A DNA stretch of 41,700 nucleotides from an uncultured Sulfurospirillum sp. (GCA_964407605.1 CAYOWG010000001.1:1-41700), one strand, 5' to 3'; positions 20,192-31,608 are shown, counted from the stretch's first letter. A program made the numbers and translations. Notes: generated by a model not told the origin, from the sequence alone.

Positions 20192-21066
20192 TTTTTACCC
20201 CAAAAAAGTTTCTCTTTTAAAACCTCAAAGTAGTTTCTATCTTCTTGATGAATCAGCTTCGCCCCTTTAAAAGCTATCTTCACACTAACACAATCAAAAT
20301 CACTCATACTATACCTATCTTGTCCATCTACCACTATAACAGTATCTTTGTCACGACTTTTAAACATCACTTCAAAGTTTACTGGCAACACTAAAGGTCG
20401 TTGAGTAAGAGAGTGCGGACATACAGGAGTGAGTATAAGAGCTTCAGTAAGCGGATATATCACGGGACCACCTGCGGATATATTGTAGGCAGTTGAGCCT
20501 GTTGGAGTTGAAACTATCAAGCCATCTCCGCTATATGTGTTGATAAGCTTATCGTCTATATATGCTTCGATAGTTGCCATTCCTGAAAACTTAGAGCGAG
20601 AAAAAACTAGGTCATTGAATGCTACAATTTTCAGTTTTTTATCCTCTACATGTAGAGATACTTCAAGCATCATTCTTGTATCTATTCTATACTCGCCTCT
20701 GAAGATTTTATCTAAAAAACTCTCAATCTCTTCACTCTTCACAACAGTCAAAAAACCAAGCTTACCAGCATAAATCCCCAAAACAGGCTTCCCATAAGAA
20801 AAACTCTTCCTACAAAGAGAGATAAGAGTCCCATCTCCACCAAGAGCAATCAAAAAGTCACTCCTGTCGCACATCTGCTCAAAACCAACACCCTCACAAC
20901 CCAAAAGCTCCGCACTCTTACTCTCAACCAAAAGCTCTACACCATACTTTAAAAGTGCATTTTTTATCCTCTTAAAGTGATGAGTCAAGCTTGCATCATC
21001 TGGCTTGCATGTTAAGCCTACGAATCGTATCTTTTTTAGTTTTTCGTTTGTGTCTGTTATTTTCAT
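20188..21066 (-). CDS. nadK: NAD kinase
   Basis: GGDGT, GKLGFL, DGLIVSTPTGSTAY. Confidence 0.96.
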   Translation of the reverse strand: MKITDTNEKLKKIRFVGLTCKPDDASLTHHFKRIKNALLKYGVELLVESKSAELLGCEGVGFEQMCDRSDFLIALGGDGTLISLCRKSFSYGKPVLGIYAGKLGFLTVVKSEEIESFLDKIFRGEYRIDTRMMLEVSLHVEDKKLKIVAFNDLVFSRSKFSGMATIEAYIDDKLINTYSGDGLIVSTPTGSTAYNISAGGPVIYPLTEALILTPVCPHSLTQRPLVLPVNFEVMFKSRDKDTVIVVDGQDRYSMSDFDCVSVKIAFKGAKLIHQEDRNYFEVLKEKLFWGKK

Positions 21067-21153
21067 AATTAGATTTTATCGTTAATTTGATTAAGTAGTC
21101 TTTATATTCTATTTAGATATACTTTCTCCTTAATAAAAACAGAGGAAATTGTC

Positions 21154-22902
21154 TTGAGAAGTCATTATTGTACAGATTTAAGCGAAAAAGATATTGGTAA
21201 AAAAGTAGAGCTTTGTGGTTGGAGTAACAACGATAGAGACCATGGTGGGATTGTGTTTATCGACCTTCGTGATAAGAGTGGGCTAATTCAGCTTGTGTGT
21301 GACCCAGCTGATAGTAAGCAGGCTCATGAAACGGCAAATGAAGTTAGAGATGAGTTTGTTTTAAGAGCGATAGGAAGTGTTAGAGCTAGAGGTGAGGGGC
21401 TTGAAAATCCTAAACTAAAGACAGGCAAAATCGAGGTTGTTGTTGAAAAGCTTATAATTGAAAATGTTAGTGAGCCAGTTCCTTTTGTGATTGGCGACAA
21501 TAAAGTTGGCGAGGATGTGAGGCTAAAGTATAGATTTTTAGACCTTAGAAATCCAAAAGCTTATGAGATTTTTAGACTTAGAAGCAAGGCTAGTATTGCT
21601 GCAAGAAACTTGCTTGATGCTCAAGGGTTTTTGGAAGTTGAAACTCCAATCCTAACAAAATCAACTCCAGAGGGTGCAAGAGATTATCTTGTACCAAGTC
21701 GTGTTCACAATGGCGAGTTTTTTGCACTACCGCAATCACCTCAACTCTTTAAACAGCTTCTTATGTGTGGTGGATTTGATAGATACTTTCAGATTGCTAA
21801 GTGTTTTAGAGATGAAGACCTTAGAGTAGACCGCCAACCTGAGTTTACTCAGATAGATTTAGAGATGAGTTTTTGTGACCAAGAGCAGATTATGAAAGTA
21901 ACAGAAGACCTTTTGATAGACATCTTTAAAGCTTGTGGACATGAGATACAAACACCATTTAATCGCATAAGATACAAAGATGCGATGGAGAAGTATGGCT
22001 CAGATAAACCAGACCTAAGATATGATTTATCTATGGTTGATGTTATAGATATATTTGCAAATTGTAAAAATGAGATTTTTTCTAGTATCGCAAAAGATAC
22101 GAAAAAGAACCGCATAAAGGCTCTAAAAGTTCCAAATGGAGACAAGATATTTTCAAAGCGACAGATGAAAGGCTTTGAAGAGTATGTAAGAAAATTTGGA
22201 GCTAGCGGACTTGGATACTTTCAAATGAAAGAGGATGGGCTAAAAGGTCCTTTGACGAAGTTTTTTAGTGAAGCAGACCTAGAAGAGATAATCAAAGTTT
22301 CTGATTTAAAGATTGGTGATGCTATATTTTTTGGAGCTGGAGAGAAAAACTTGGTTCTTGATTATATGGGCAGATTTAGGATTTACCTAGCTGAACTTAT
22401 GGATATAATACCTAAAGATGCTTTTGAATTTGTATGGGTTGTTGATTTTAATATGTTTGAAGTAGTTGATGGTAGAGTTAAAGCTCTTCATCATCCATTT
22501 ACTCAGCCAAAAGATATCAATGCTCCAATAGACGAGATGGAGAGTATCGCTTATGATATTGTCCTAAATGGAATTGAGCTTGGTGGTGGAAGTATGAGAA
22601 TACACAAAAAAGATATTCAAGAAAAAGTCTTTGAGCTTCTTGGCATCGGCGAAGAAGAAGCCAATGATAAGTTTGAATTTTTGCTCGATGCACTAAAGTT
22701 TGGCGCTCCTCCTCATGGCGGACTAGCTATGGGACTTGACCGCCTAATCATGATACTAACTAGTAGCGATTCTATCCGTGATGTAATTGCTTTTCCAAAA
22801 ACTCAAAAAGCACAGTGTCTTCTTACTCAAGCTCCAAGTGCCATCGAGAACGAGCAACTAAAAGACTTAGGATTGAGACTAAGAGAGAAACCTAAAGCAT
22901 AA
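21154..22902 (+). CDS. aspS: Aspartate--tRNA ligase (likely non-discriminating Asp/Asn)
   Basis: [34 protein letters not shown] start with GAGG SD. Confidence 0.97.
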   Translation: MRSHYCTDLSEKDIGKKVELCGWSNNDRDHGGIVFIDLRDKSGLIQLVCDPADSKQAHETANEVRDEFVLRAIGSVRARGEGLENPKLKTGKIEVVVEKLIIENVSEPVPFVIGDNKVGEDVRLKYRFLDLRNPKAYEIFRLRSKASIAARNLLDAQGFLEVETPILTKSTPEGARDYLVPSRVHNGEFFALPQSPQLFKQLLMCGGFDRYFQIAKCFRDEDLRVDRQPEFTQIDLEMSFCDQEQIMKVTEDLLIDIFKACGHEIQTPFNRIRYKDAMEKYGSDKPDLRYDLSMVDVIDIFANCKNEIFSSIAKDTKKNRIKALKVPNGDKIFSKRQMKGFEEYVRKFGASGLGYFQMKEDGLKGPLTKFFSEADLEEIIKVSDLKIGDAIFFGAGEKNLVLDYMGRFRIYLAELMDIIPKDAFEFVWVVDFNMFEVVDGRVKALHHPFTQPKDINAPIDEMESIAYDIVLNGIELGGGSMRIHKKDIQEKVFELLGIGEEEANDKFEFLLDALKFGAPPHGGLAMGLDRLIMILTSSDSIRDVIAFPKTQKAQCLLTQAPSAIENEQLKDLGLRLREKPKA

Positions 22903-23468
22903 TGAAGTCACTATTTCTAATCATCGGGGCTCCTGGAAGTGGAAAAACAACATATGCCCAGATAATCTCTGAAAAAAATTCAGATATAGCTCACTACTCA
23001 ACCGGTGAGCTTCTTCGTGCTGAAGTTGCGAGTAAAAGTAAGCTTGGTGAAATCATAAAAAAGCGTATAGATGCGGGTGAACTAGTCCCTGTTGAAGTCG
23101 CACTTGATACTATCAAAAAAGCTATTCATAACTCAAAATGCAGCACTATAATCATAGATGGCTACCCTAGGAGTCTTGAGCAGATGATGGGGCTTGAGCA
23201 TGCTTTGAAAAATGAGTCAAACATAATGCTTCAGTCTGTCATAGAAGTAGTTGTAAGCGAAAAAACTGCAATGGAAAGAGTTTTAGGACGAAATCGTGGC
23301 GAAGATGACAGTATAGAAGTCTTCAAAAATCGTATGAAAGTTTACAATGAGCCCCTTAAAGAGATACAAAACTTTTATATATCAAAAAACCTATTGCATA
23401 AAATTAGTGGGGAAGAAGAGATAGAATTAGTAGTAGAAAAGCTCAATCACCTATTTTTTAAAAAATAG
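22902..23468 (+). CDS. adk: Adenylate kinase (short LID type)
   Basis: GAPGSGKTT, STGELLR, DGYPR, short R-x-R-x-x-DD LID. Confidence 0.93.
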   Translation: MKSLFLIIGAPGSGKTTYAQIISEKNSDIAHYSTGELLRAEVASKSKLGEIIKKRIDAGELVPVEVALDTIKKAIHNSKCSTIIIDGYPRSLEQMMGLEHALKNESNIMLQSVIEVVVSEKTAMERVLGRNRGEDDSIEVFKNRMKVYNEPLKEIQNFYISKNLLHKISGEEEIELVVEKLNHLFFKK

Positions 23469-24844
23469 TTATCAACTCCGCTAGCAATTCCTCTTGCTAT
23501 TAAGTTTTGATATCTTGAAGTAAATATTCTTTTTTTCTCAACTCTGTTTGATATATATCCAACTTCTACTAAGATAGCAGGCATTTGAGCACCTACAAGA
23601 ACCCAAAAAGGTGCTTCTCTTACTCCACCGTCTTTTACCTTGTAGCTATCTCTAAGATAACTAATCATACCTCTTTGAACATCTATGGCAAACTTGTTGG
23701 ATGCTACTATCTTTGCTTTGTTGAACACATTGAGGTATGTAGCTTTTGAAAAATAGTTCATCTCTTCAATATCGCCCTTGTTTTCAAGTGCAGCAACTCT
23801 CTTGCTTCTCTCGCTTCTTGCTGGGGATAAAAAGTAGGTCTCTACTCCGTTTAGTTTTTCGTTTTTTGCAGAATTTGCATGGATCGATATAAACAGATCT
23901 GCATTTTTTTTATTTGCAAATCTAGTTCTGTCTCTAAGTTTTATAAACTTGTCTGTTGTTCTTGTAAAGTATACTCTATATCCTCTCTTTTTTAAAATCT
24001 CTCCAACCTTAAGTGAGATAGCTAGTGCTGCTGTTTTCTCGTACAGCCCTTTACCAGCAACTGCCCCTGGGTCTTTTCCGCCATGACCTGGGTCTATCAC
24101 CACTATTTTACTAGATGGTTCTAGTCGCACAGACTTAATATACTCTTTAGTTGTCTGAGCTTTTTTTACACCCTTTTTACTAGAGTCAAAAAATAGCTCA
24201 ACTTTTGTGCCACTTACAGTTATAGATGATTTTAAAATACTGTTTTTTTGAAAAACAACCCTAAGAGTTTTGTCGTTAAATTGTGCTATTCTCAAGTCCT
24301 CTAATTGCTGTGGAACTTTTATGTTTGGAACAAAAGGCAATACTGCCCTTATATCGAAAACTTCTCTTATATTAGACTCACTTTTAAGCTGAAAAGATTT
24401 TATATCTTTTTTACTCATCTCTCTATCAAAGTATAAAATTAAGCTATTTTCTAGATTAGAGATAGATTTTAGATTTGGCAAGTGTTTACTATAGCTACTT
24501 ATTCTTTTTACAGGAGCAGCTAGTTTCTTTTTTGTATATATTTTACTAGGGTTTGTTTTTTGTATGGTAGCTAACTCTTTTGTGTATCCTAAAGAGTCTA
24601 ATTTAAGCATATTAGAGGTTTTTACGAGCCTTTTTAGAGTCTCTTTTTTTAAGTCTTCATCATTACTAACTATAGATTGGATGTATATACTTTTAAGAGC
24701 ATGGTGTATTCTAAGAAGCTCATCATTATTAGAAGTTATTATCTTTTTATCATATGATAATAGCTCTTTTGCATGGTTTGTGCCAGCTAAAAGAATACTA
24801 CATGTAAGTAGTATTAAGGCTAATAGTCTAGTTATTTTCGCCAT
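23447..24844 (-). CDS. amiA: N-acetylmuramoyl-L-alanine amidase
   Basis: Signal peptide, AMIN-like region, and Amidase_3 motifs DPGHGG, SIHAN, LVEVGY. Confidence 0.94.
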   Translation of the reverse strand: MAKITRLLALILLTCSILLAGTNHAKELLSYDKKIITSNNDELLRIHHALKSIYIQSIVSNDEDLKKETLKRLVKTSNMLKLDSLGYTKELATIQKTNPSKIYTKKKLAAPVKRISSYSKHLPNLKSISNLENSLILYFDREMSKKDIKSFQLKSESNIREVFDIRAVLPFVPNIKVPQQLEDLRIAQFNDKTLRVVFQKNSILKSSITVSGTKVELFFDSSKKGVKKAQTTKEYIKSVRLEPSSKIVVIDPGHGGKDPGAVAGKGLYEKTAALAISLKVGEILKKRGYRVYFTRTTDKFIKLRDRTRFANKKNADLFISIHANSAKNEKLNGVETYFLSPARSERSKRVAALENKGDIEEMNYFSKATYLNVFNKAKIVASNKFAIDVQRGMISYLRDSYKVKDGGVREAPFWVLVGAQMPAILVEVGYISNRVEKKRIFTSRYQNLIARGIASGVDNYFLKNR

Positions 24845-25925
24845 TTACCAGCTTATTAATTAACTCTTTAACGCTTATTATTTCGTTCAATTTATATCCA
24901 TTTGCCCCTGTAAAAAACAGTCCTGTTTCTTTTTTACCTAAAAATGCATCTGATAACCTATCCGCGATACAGTATCCAACTGCTTTTGCTTCAACGCCTC
25001 TTTTACATGGTGCTACACAATTACTAATACACTTTATTGCAGGACCCTCTCTTTTATCAACTAGCTCTATTAGATTTGTTCTTACTCCACGAGCAGGATA
25101 CCCAACAGGAGATTTAAATAGCTTTATGTCTTCCTCTTTTGCTCCAAGGATTACCTCTTTAAAACTATCATGCGCATCACACTCATGAGTGCCTATAAAT
25201 CGTGTCCCCATCTGCACACCATTAGCTCCAAGCTCTATCATCTTTTCTATGTCACTCTTATCCCAAACACCGCCAGCAGCAATTAGTGGAAAATCGCCCC
25301 AGTTTTTAATCTCCTCTTTTATAGGCTTGATTAAATTCTCTAAACGATACTCTTCTTGCTTGCACTGCTCATAAGTAAAACCTTGATGTCCACCACTTAG
25401 TGGTCCCTCAACAACAACTGCATCAGGAAGCCTATTGTATCTTTTAGTCCACCTTTTACAGATTATCTTAAGTGCTTTTGCAGATGAAACGATAGGCACA
25501 AGTGCAACATCAGGATAACCCTCAGTAAATTCAGGCATATTTGTAGGTAATCCCGCCCCAGTTATGATGATATCAATCCCAGCAGTACAGGCATCTCTTG
25601 CAATTCTCTCGTAATCATTACTTGCATAGAGTATATTTGCTGCTATTGGGTTGCCATTTGCAATCTTTCTTGTGTCTTCTATCAAAGCATGAAGACCTTT
25701 TGTGGAGTAAAAATTACTAGCATGTAAAGGTCTTGAATTTACATCTTTTGCACTATATTTACCCTCTTGATAATATCCAGTTCCAACAGAGCTAATAACA
25801 CCAAGCCCGCCTTCGCGACTAACAGTACCAGCCAAATTTGCCCAAGATATGCCAAGCCCCATACCGCCCTGGACTATAGGGTGCTTAATTGTATATTTTC
25901 CTATCTTTAATGGCTTAAATGTCAT
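24828..25925 (-). CDS. fabX: Nitronate-monooxygenase-family flavoprotein, FabX-type acyl-ACP dehydrogenase/isomerase
   Basis: QGGMG, GAGLP, SGGHQG, and 4-Cys motif CISNCVAPC-x11-C. Lies between tyrS and amiA as H. pylori fabX does. Confidence 0.85.
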   Translation of the reverse strand: MTFKPLKIGKYTIKHPIVQGGMGLGISWANLAGTVSREGGLGVISSVGTGYYQEGKYSAKDVNSRPLHASNFYSTKGLHALIEDTRKIANGNPIAANILYASNDYERIARDACTAGIDIIITGAGLPTNMPEFTEGYPDVALVPIVSSAKALKIICKRWTKRYNRLPDAVVVEGPLSGGHQGFTYEQCKQEEYRLENLIKPIKEEIKNWGDFPLIAAGGVWDKSDIEKMIELGANGVQMGTRFIGTHECDAHDSFKEVILGAKEEDIKLFKSPVGYPARGVRTNLIELVDKREGPAIKCISNCVAPCKRGVEAKAVGYCIADRLSDAFLGKKETGLFFTGANGYKLNEIISVKELINKLVNGENN

Positions 25926-27124
25926 TACTTTACCCTTAATTTAGCAAATTTTCTCTTTCCTACTTGCAGTATATATGCTCCACTCTCAAGTTGTAACTGC
26001 TCATCACTTATCTTTTCTTGGTCTATTTTAACAGCACCTTGCTTAATATCACGACGGGACTGTGAAGTTGATGGAGATATTTTACACTCAACTAAGGCTT
26101 TAGCAATCCAGATTGGGCCTTTTAGAGTAAACTCCTCTATATCAGAGGGTATCTCATTTTTTTTGTGAACATTATCAAACTCATCTTTGGCCCTTAAAGC
26201 CATCTCTTTGCTATGATATCTCTCAACAATCTCAATCGCAAGATTCTCTTTTACTACTTTTGGATGCAGCACTCCACTAGCTACATCCTTCTTACATGTA
26301 GAGATATCCTCAAGACTAAGCGAACTAAGAAGCTCATAATATCTCCACATCAAATCATCACTAATACTCAAAATCTTGCCAAACATATCATTTGGCTCAT
26401 CTGTAACACCGATATAGTTGTTTAAAGATTTACTCATCTTATTGACACCATCAAGACCCTCTAAAAGAGGCATCATTATTACAGCCTGCTCTTTGCCTAC
26501 ATCATAAGTTCTTTGGAGTTGTCTTCCCATCAAAAGATTAAACTTCTGATCAGTCCCACCCATCTCGATATCACAATCCATAGCAACACTATCATAACCT
26601 TGAAGAAGTGGATATAAAAACTCACTTATGGAAATTGGAGTTTGTGATTTATATCTTTTATCAAAATCCTCTCGCTCAAGCATTCGTGCCACATTAAATG
26701 TGGTCGTAAGCTCGATTATCCCTGCAGCTCCCAGCTTATTTAGCCAAGTAGAGTTAAACATAACTTCTGTTTTTTTAGGATCCAAAACCTTAAAAACTTG
26801 TGTTTTATAGCTCTGTGCATTTTTTAAAACTGTCTCTCTATCGAGTTTTTTTCTTGTCTCATTTTTTCCTGTCGGGTCGCCTATCATGCCTGTAAAATCG
26901 CCTATAAGGAACTGTACAATAGCACCATGCTTTTGTAAAACTGCCATCTTTTGGAGTAAAACCGTATGCCCTAGATGCAAATCAGGAGCCGTTGGGTCAA
27001 AGCCAGCTTTTACAAAGTAGTTTTTCCCTGTCTCAAAATACTCCTTTAAAAGTACCTCGATTCGCTCTATATCTATGATTTCAGCAACGCCTCTTTTAAT
27101 CTCTCTTAGTGCCTCTTTTATCAT
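25925..27124 (-). CDS. tyrS: Tyrosine--tRNA ligase
   Basis: GFDPTAPDLHLGH, YPLLQGYD, KMSKS, C-terminal S4 domain. Confidence 0.97.
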   Translation of the reverse strand: MIKEALREIKRGVAEIIDIERIEVLLKEYFETGKNYFVKAGFDPTAPDLHLGHTVLLQKMAVLQKHGAIVQFLIGDFTGMIGDPTGKNETRKKLDRETVLKNAQSYKTQVFKVLDPKKTEVMFNSTWLNKLGAAGIIELTTTFNVARMLEREDFDKRYKSQTPISISEFLYPLLQGYDSVAMDCDIEMGGTDQKFNLLMGRQLQRTYDVGKEQAVIMMPLLEGLDGVNKMSKSLNNYIGVTDEPNDMFGKILSISDDLMWRYYELLSSLSLEDISTCKKDVASGVLHPKVVKENLAIEIVERYHSKEMALRAKDEFDNVHKKNEIPSDIEEFTLKGPIWIAKALVECKISPSTSQSRRDIKQGAVKIDQEKISDEQLQLESGAYILQVGKRKFAKLRVK

Positions 27125-27136
27125 GCTTTTCTGTCC

Positions 27137-29290
27137 TTATTTATATACATCATTTGCAGATACAAACTCTATGATTTTGTATCTATCTTTTAGCTTGCCT
27201 CTAGCTTGTGCTACATTTTTATCTGGCAGTTCAAGTATCATCTCAAAGTAGTCTGCATGACCTTCTTCTGACTTGCCTAGCTCTATTGTTATAAGATTTA
27301 TTTGCATTTTAGCCAAATATTGTAAAAAAGAGGCTAAAGAGCCCATTTTGTTCTCTAGGCTCACTATCAGCCTATATCTCTCAGGTGCTTCTCGTGTCCA
27401 TTTCACAAATACCATCTGCTCTTTTTGCTCCATAAGAGTTGAGGCTCGCTCACAAAACTTATGATGAACCATAGCGTTGCTACCTTTTTTAAAGCCTATG
27501 ATATCATCCCCTCTTTTAGGGTGACAACAAAAATCAAAAAGAGTTTTAGATATATTTTGGTTAGAGTAGATTACTATGTTGTCAAATTTTTGTTTTCTTA
27601 TATCATATTTATTGGTATTTAAGAATGGAAAAAGAATTTTATCACTTTTAGGGTATTTCTTTAGTATGTTAACTGTATTTTTAAAATATATAGAATCAGT
27701 TGCTATTTTATAGATTTTACTTGTTATGTTCTCTTTTTCCAACCAACTTTTAAGCTTTCTATCTCTAACATTAAAAACAGATACCAATATGTTAATTGCT
27801 ATTTTATTGTTTATCTCTTTTAGTTTTTGGCGACAATTTACAGCAATAGAGTTTCTTGCTTTTCCAGTTTTTACGCTATTTATCCAAGAGCATCTAAAGT
27901 GAGGTTCATCAGAGGTTATAATCCTCACAATATCACCATTTTTAAGCTCCGTTAAAAAGGGAGTTCTTTGCTTATTTACATAAGCTTCTTTTGCATAAAT
28001 ACCAACTTCTGTATGAACCTCATAAGCAAAATCCAAAACTGTAGCACCTCTTGGAAGTGTAAAAATATCTCCTTTAGGAGAAAAAACTGCTATATCTTCA
28101 CTATAAAGGCTATCTTTTGCTATATCATAAAACTCTTCTATATTTTCGCTACTATCGTCTTGGTCTTTAAAATCATTGAGCCAGTTAAGTTTTGGGTTTA
28201 GTCCACCACTCTTGTATTTCCAGTGAGCAGCAACTCCAAACTCTGCAGTTTTGTGCATGTCTTTTGTTCTTATTTGTGATTCTATGATAGATTTGTTATT
28301 AAAAACTGTTGTATGGATAGTCTGATAACCATTCTCTTTTGGTATAGCTATATAGTCTTTAAACCTAGCTATTAGAGGATTAAAATTTTGATGAATTATC
28401 CCAAGTGCACGATAACAATCAATAGGCTCATTGACTATCACTCTAACTGCGAGTATATCAAGAACCTCTTCGATAGAGACCCCTTTTCTTTGCATCTTAA
28501 GATATATAGAGTAATAGTGCTTTATTCGTCTCTCTATATCAAAATCATTTTCTAAAAAACCATTTTGGAGCATTAATGCTTTAATTTCTGATGTAAAATG
28601 ATTTAGTCTCAACTGAAGTTGTTGATTGTGTTCTTGCATATATTCGTCAATTTTTTTATACTCTAAAGGAAGTACATAGCGAAAACTCAAATCTTCTAAT
28701 TGATTTTTTATTGAAGATATTCCCAATCTATGCGCGATTGGGCTATAGACCACCAAAGTCTCTTCACTAATTCTTCTGTGTTTTGCTTCACTAAGAGCAT
28801 CAAGAGTAAGCATATTGTGAAGCCTATCACAAAGTTTTATCACTAAAACTCTTATATCATTGGTTGAAGCTAAAAGCATCTTCCTAAACGAAAGGGCTGA
28901 AGATACAAGCTTCTCATTTGAGCTTGATGGTATAAGTTCGATATCGCGAATCTCCATTATTTTGGTCAATCCTTCGACTAGATGAGCAACATCGGCATTG
29001 AACTGTAAAAAAACTTCATCAATTGAACAACATGTATCTTCTACTACATCATGCAATAAACTAGCAGTAATCATGTCTTCATTACCGCCCAAATAAGCTA
29101 CAAAAACAGAAACTAGTATGGGATGAATAGCATAAGCTTCTCCGCTTTTTCTAAGTTGACCCTCATGTTGATTCTGCGTAAAATAAAGAGCTTTTTCTAT
29201 ATTATCACTCTTTGGGATGTATTCGTACAGCAGACTTATCGCTTTGTCTATATCTCTACACGACTTGACGCGATCTACTAGCTGTTCCAT
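27137..29290 (-). CDS. spoT: Bifunctional (p)ppGpp synthetase/hydrolase (long RSH)
   Basis: HD domain LLHDVVED, synthetase KDYI..PKENGYQ and ESQIRT, TGS, CC, ACT domains. Confidence 0.96.
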   Translation of the reverse strand: MEQLVDRVKSCRDIDKAISLLYEYIPKSDNIEKALYFTQNQHEGQLRKSGEAYAIHPILVSVFVAYLGGNEDMITASLLHDVVEDTCCSIDEVFLQFNADVAHLVEGLTKIMEIRDIELIPSSSNEKLVSSALSFRKMLLASTNDIRVLVIKLCDRLHNMLTLDALSEAKHRRISEETLVVYSPIAHRLGISSIKNQLEDLSFRYVLPLEYKKIDEYMQEHNQQLQLRLNHFTSEIKALMLQNGFLENDFDIERRIKHYYSIYLKMQRKGVSIEEVLDILAVRVIVNEPIDCYRALGIIHQNFNPLIARFKDYIAIPKENGYQTIHTTVFNNKSIIESQIRTKDMHKTAEFGVAAHWKYKSGGLNPKLNWLNDFKDQDDSSENIEEFYDIAKDSLYSEDIAVFSPKGDIFTLPRGATVLDFAYEVHTEVGIYAKEAYVNKQRTPFLTELKNGDIVRIITSDEPHFRCSWINSVKTGKARNSIAVNCRQKLKEINNKIAINILVSVFNVRDRKLKSWLEKENITSKIYKIATDSIYFKNTVNILKKYPKSDKILFPFLNTNKYDIRKQKFDNIVIYSNQNISKTLFDFCCHPKRGDDIIGFKKGSNAMVHHKFCERASTLMEQKEQMVFVKWTREAPERYRLIVSLENKMGSLASFLQYLAKMQINLITIELGKSEEGHADYFEMILELPDKNVAQARGKLKDRYKIIEFVSANDVYK

Positions 29291-29302
29291 AAGATACCTT
29301 GC

Positions 29303-29521
29303 TTAGTACTCTTTATCTAGAAAAGATTCTATTGATACTTTTCCTTCGGCAATTTCCATTAGAGCAATATCCGTAAACTTACTATTTGCATCCTCTTTTT
29401 TTATCAATACTTCAGCTCCATTTGCTAGTTGCTTTGCTCGCTTTGCTACCAATAGAGATAACTTATATCTATCATTATCTACAAACTTTAATGCTTTTGC
29501 TGTTATTTTTTCTGTTCTCAT
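29303..29521 (-). CDS. rpoZ: RNA polymerase omega subunit
   Basis: DRYKL...AKRAKQL and ALMEIAEG. Start moved to ATG 29521 (AAGGTG SD). Confidence 0.95.
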   Translation of the reverse strand: MRTEKITAKALKFVDNDRYKLSLLVAKRAKQLANGAEVLIKKEDANSKFTDIALMEIAEGKVSIESFLDKEY

Positions 29522-29549
29522 TAATTCACCTTTTTTATTTACTATCTTC

Positions 29550-29612
29550 TTTAACTTGAACAATTCCAAGTTAAATTCCTCGCACTAAAGCTTAGGCTTT
29601 CACCTAGAGTGC
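29550..29612 (-). repeat. Two stem-loops in the pyrH-rpoZ spacer
   Basis: TTTAACTTG-N8-CAAGTTAAA at 29550-29575. Minus-strand GCACT-C-TAGGT-GAAA-GCCTA-N6-AGTGC at 29582-29612. Confidence 0.55.
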
Positions 29613-29629
29613 TTGTCTTACTATCTTCT

Positions 29630-30349
<720 letters not shown>

Positions 30350-30387
30350 TTACCTTTTTATAGTTGGTGATTATACAATAAAACACC

Positions 30388-31608
30388 TTAGTATCTTATC
30401 AACTCCAAGGGATTTATGTGATAGTTATTTTGCGTAACTTTAAAAGATAAGTCCCTCTCAACTCTACCTATGACATAGCCTTTTTTTATTTTTTTACCCA
30501 CTTTTATCGTTGGAGCTATCTGTGAAAGATGTGCAAAAATTGTATGGATTCCATAACTATTTTCTACAATTACAACTTTATTTAAAACTGCCGTATCTTT
30601 TGCATATACAATTTTTCCATTTAAAACATTTTTCACTTTTGCATTTTTCTTTTTCGAAGAAAGTATAACTGACTCATTAAAAATTTTGATTTTATATATT
30701 GGATCTATATATTTTCCAAACTTTCTTTTAACAGTAAAGCTTTCTAGTGGTGCTATTGTTTTTTTGCCTTTATATCTCTTTACTCTACTGCTTTGATAGG
30801 AAGAGCCAATCTGCCTAACTTTTACTTTTTTACCCTGCTTTACCCCTTTTTCTGCTTTTTTTATGGCTTCTGTTCTTTTTTTTCTAAGAGATTCACTCTC
30901 TTTTGCTTTTATAATTTTTAATTTTTCCAATGTTGCTCGAAGTGCATTTCTCTCTTTAACTATCTTGTTAAGTCTTTTTTTGTATGAAGCTCTTTGAGAG
31001 CTTAGTTTATTTATACTATTCTTTTTTGCTTTTTTTAGATTAGCATATTTATTTTTCTTATTCTCTAACTCTTTAATAAAATTTTTAATACCTTTTATCT
31101 CAGTGTTTTGTATATCTATTTTTTTATTTATTTTATTATAGTTATCTGTTAATTTCAAAAACTCTTTTTGCATAATTATGCCTATTTTATCAACAATTTC
31201 CTCTGCTATAACTGCATCACTTGAGTCTTGATAATCTTTGTCTATTATGAGGTAAAAAGAGAAATCTTCGGCTATTATTTTTACGATTCTTTCTTCTATG
31301 TCTTTTCTTTGCTTTAAAAGTTTTATATTTTGTGCTGTCAAATCTTTTAGGATTACTTCTTTATTTTTTACAATATTTTTATTTTTTGCAATACTTTTAC
31401 CCAAGCTATTTATCTCAGACTCAATATTTGCTAGATTTCTTGTCTCTTTTTGAATATCTCTTGCTACATCTTTTAGCTTCTTATTGATACTTCTCTCTAC
31501 TTTACTTTTTGATTTCAGAACTTTTTGACTAGTCTCTATCTTTTTTTCAACGCTAGTAGCTGCGAAGATTGCTACATGTAAAACCATTATGCATAACAAA
31601 ATCCTCAT
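30388..31608 (-). CDS. envC: Murein hydrolase activator EnvC (coiled coil plus degenerate M23)
   Basis: Signal peptide, long coiled coil, LytM domain lacking HxxxD/HxH Zn ligands. Follows ftsEX. Confidence 0.88.
   Translation of the reverse strand: MRILLCIMVLHVAIFAATSVEKKIETSQKVLKSKSKVERSINKKLKDVARDIQKETRNLANIESEINSLGKSIAKNKNIVKNKEVILKDLTAQNIKLLKQRKDIEERIVKIIAEDFSFYLIIDKDYQDSSDAVIAEEIVDKIGIIMQKEFLKLTDNYNKINKKIDIQNTEIKGIKNFIKELENKKNKYANLKKAKKNSINKLSSQRASYKKRLNKIVKERNALRATLEKLKIIKAKESESLRKKRTEAIKKAEKGVKQGKKVKVRQIGSSYQSSRVKRYKGKKTIAPLESFTVKRKFGKYIDPIYKIKIFNESVILSSKKKNAKVKNVLNGKIVYAKDTAVLNKVVIVENSYGIHTIFAHLSQIAPTIKVGKKIKKGYVIGRVERDLSFKVTQNNYHINPLELIRY

Noticed and set aside
29551-29574. NssR box (TTAAC...GTTAA)
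   Set aside because: The spacer is 14 nt rather than 4.
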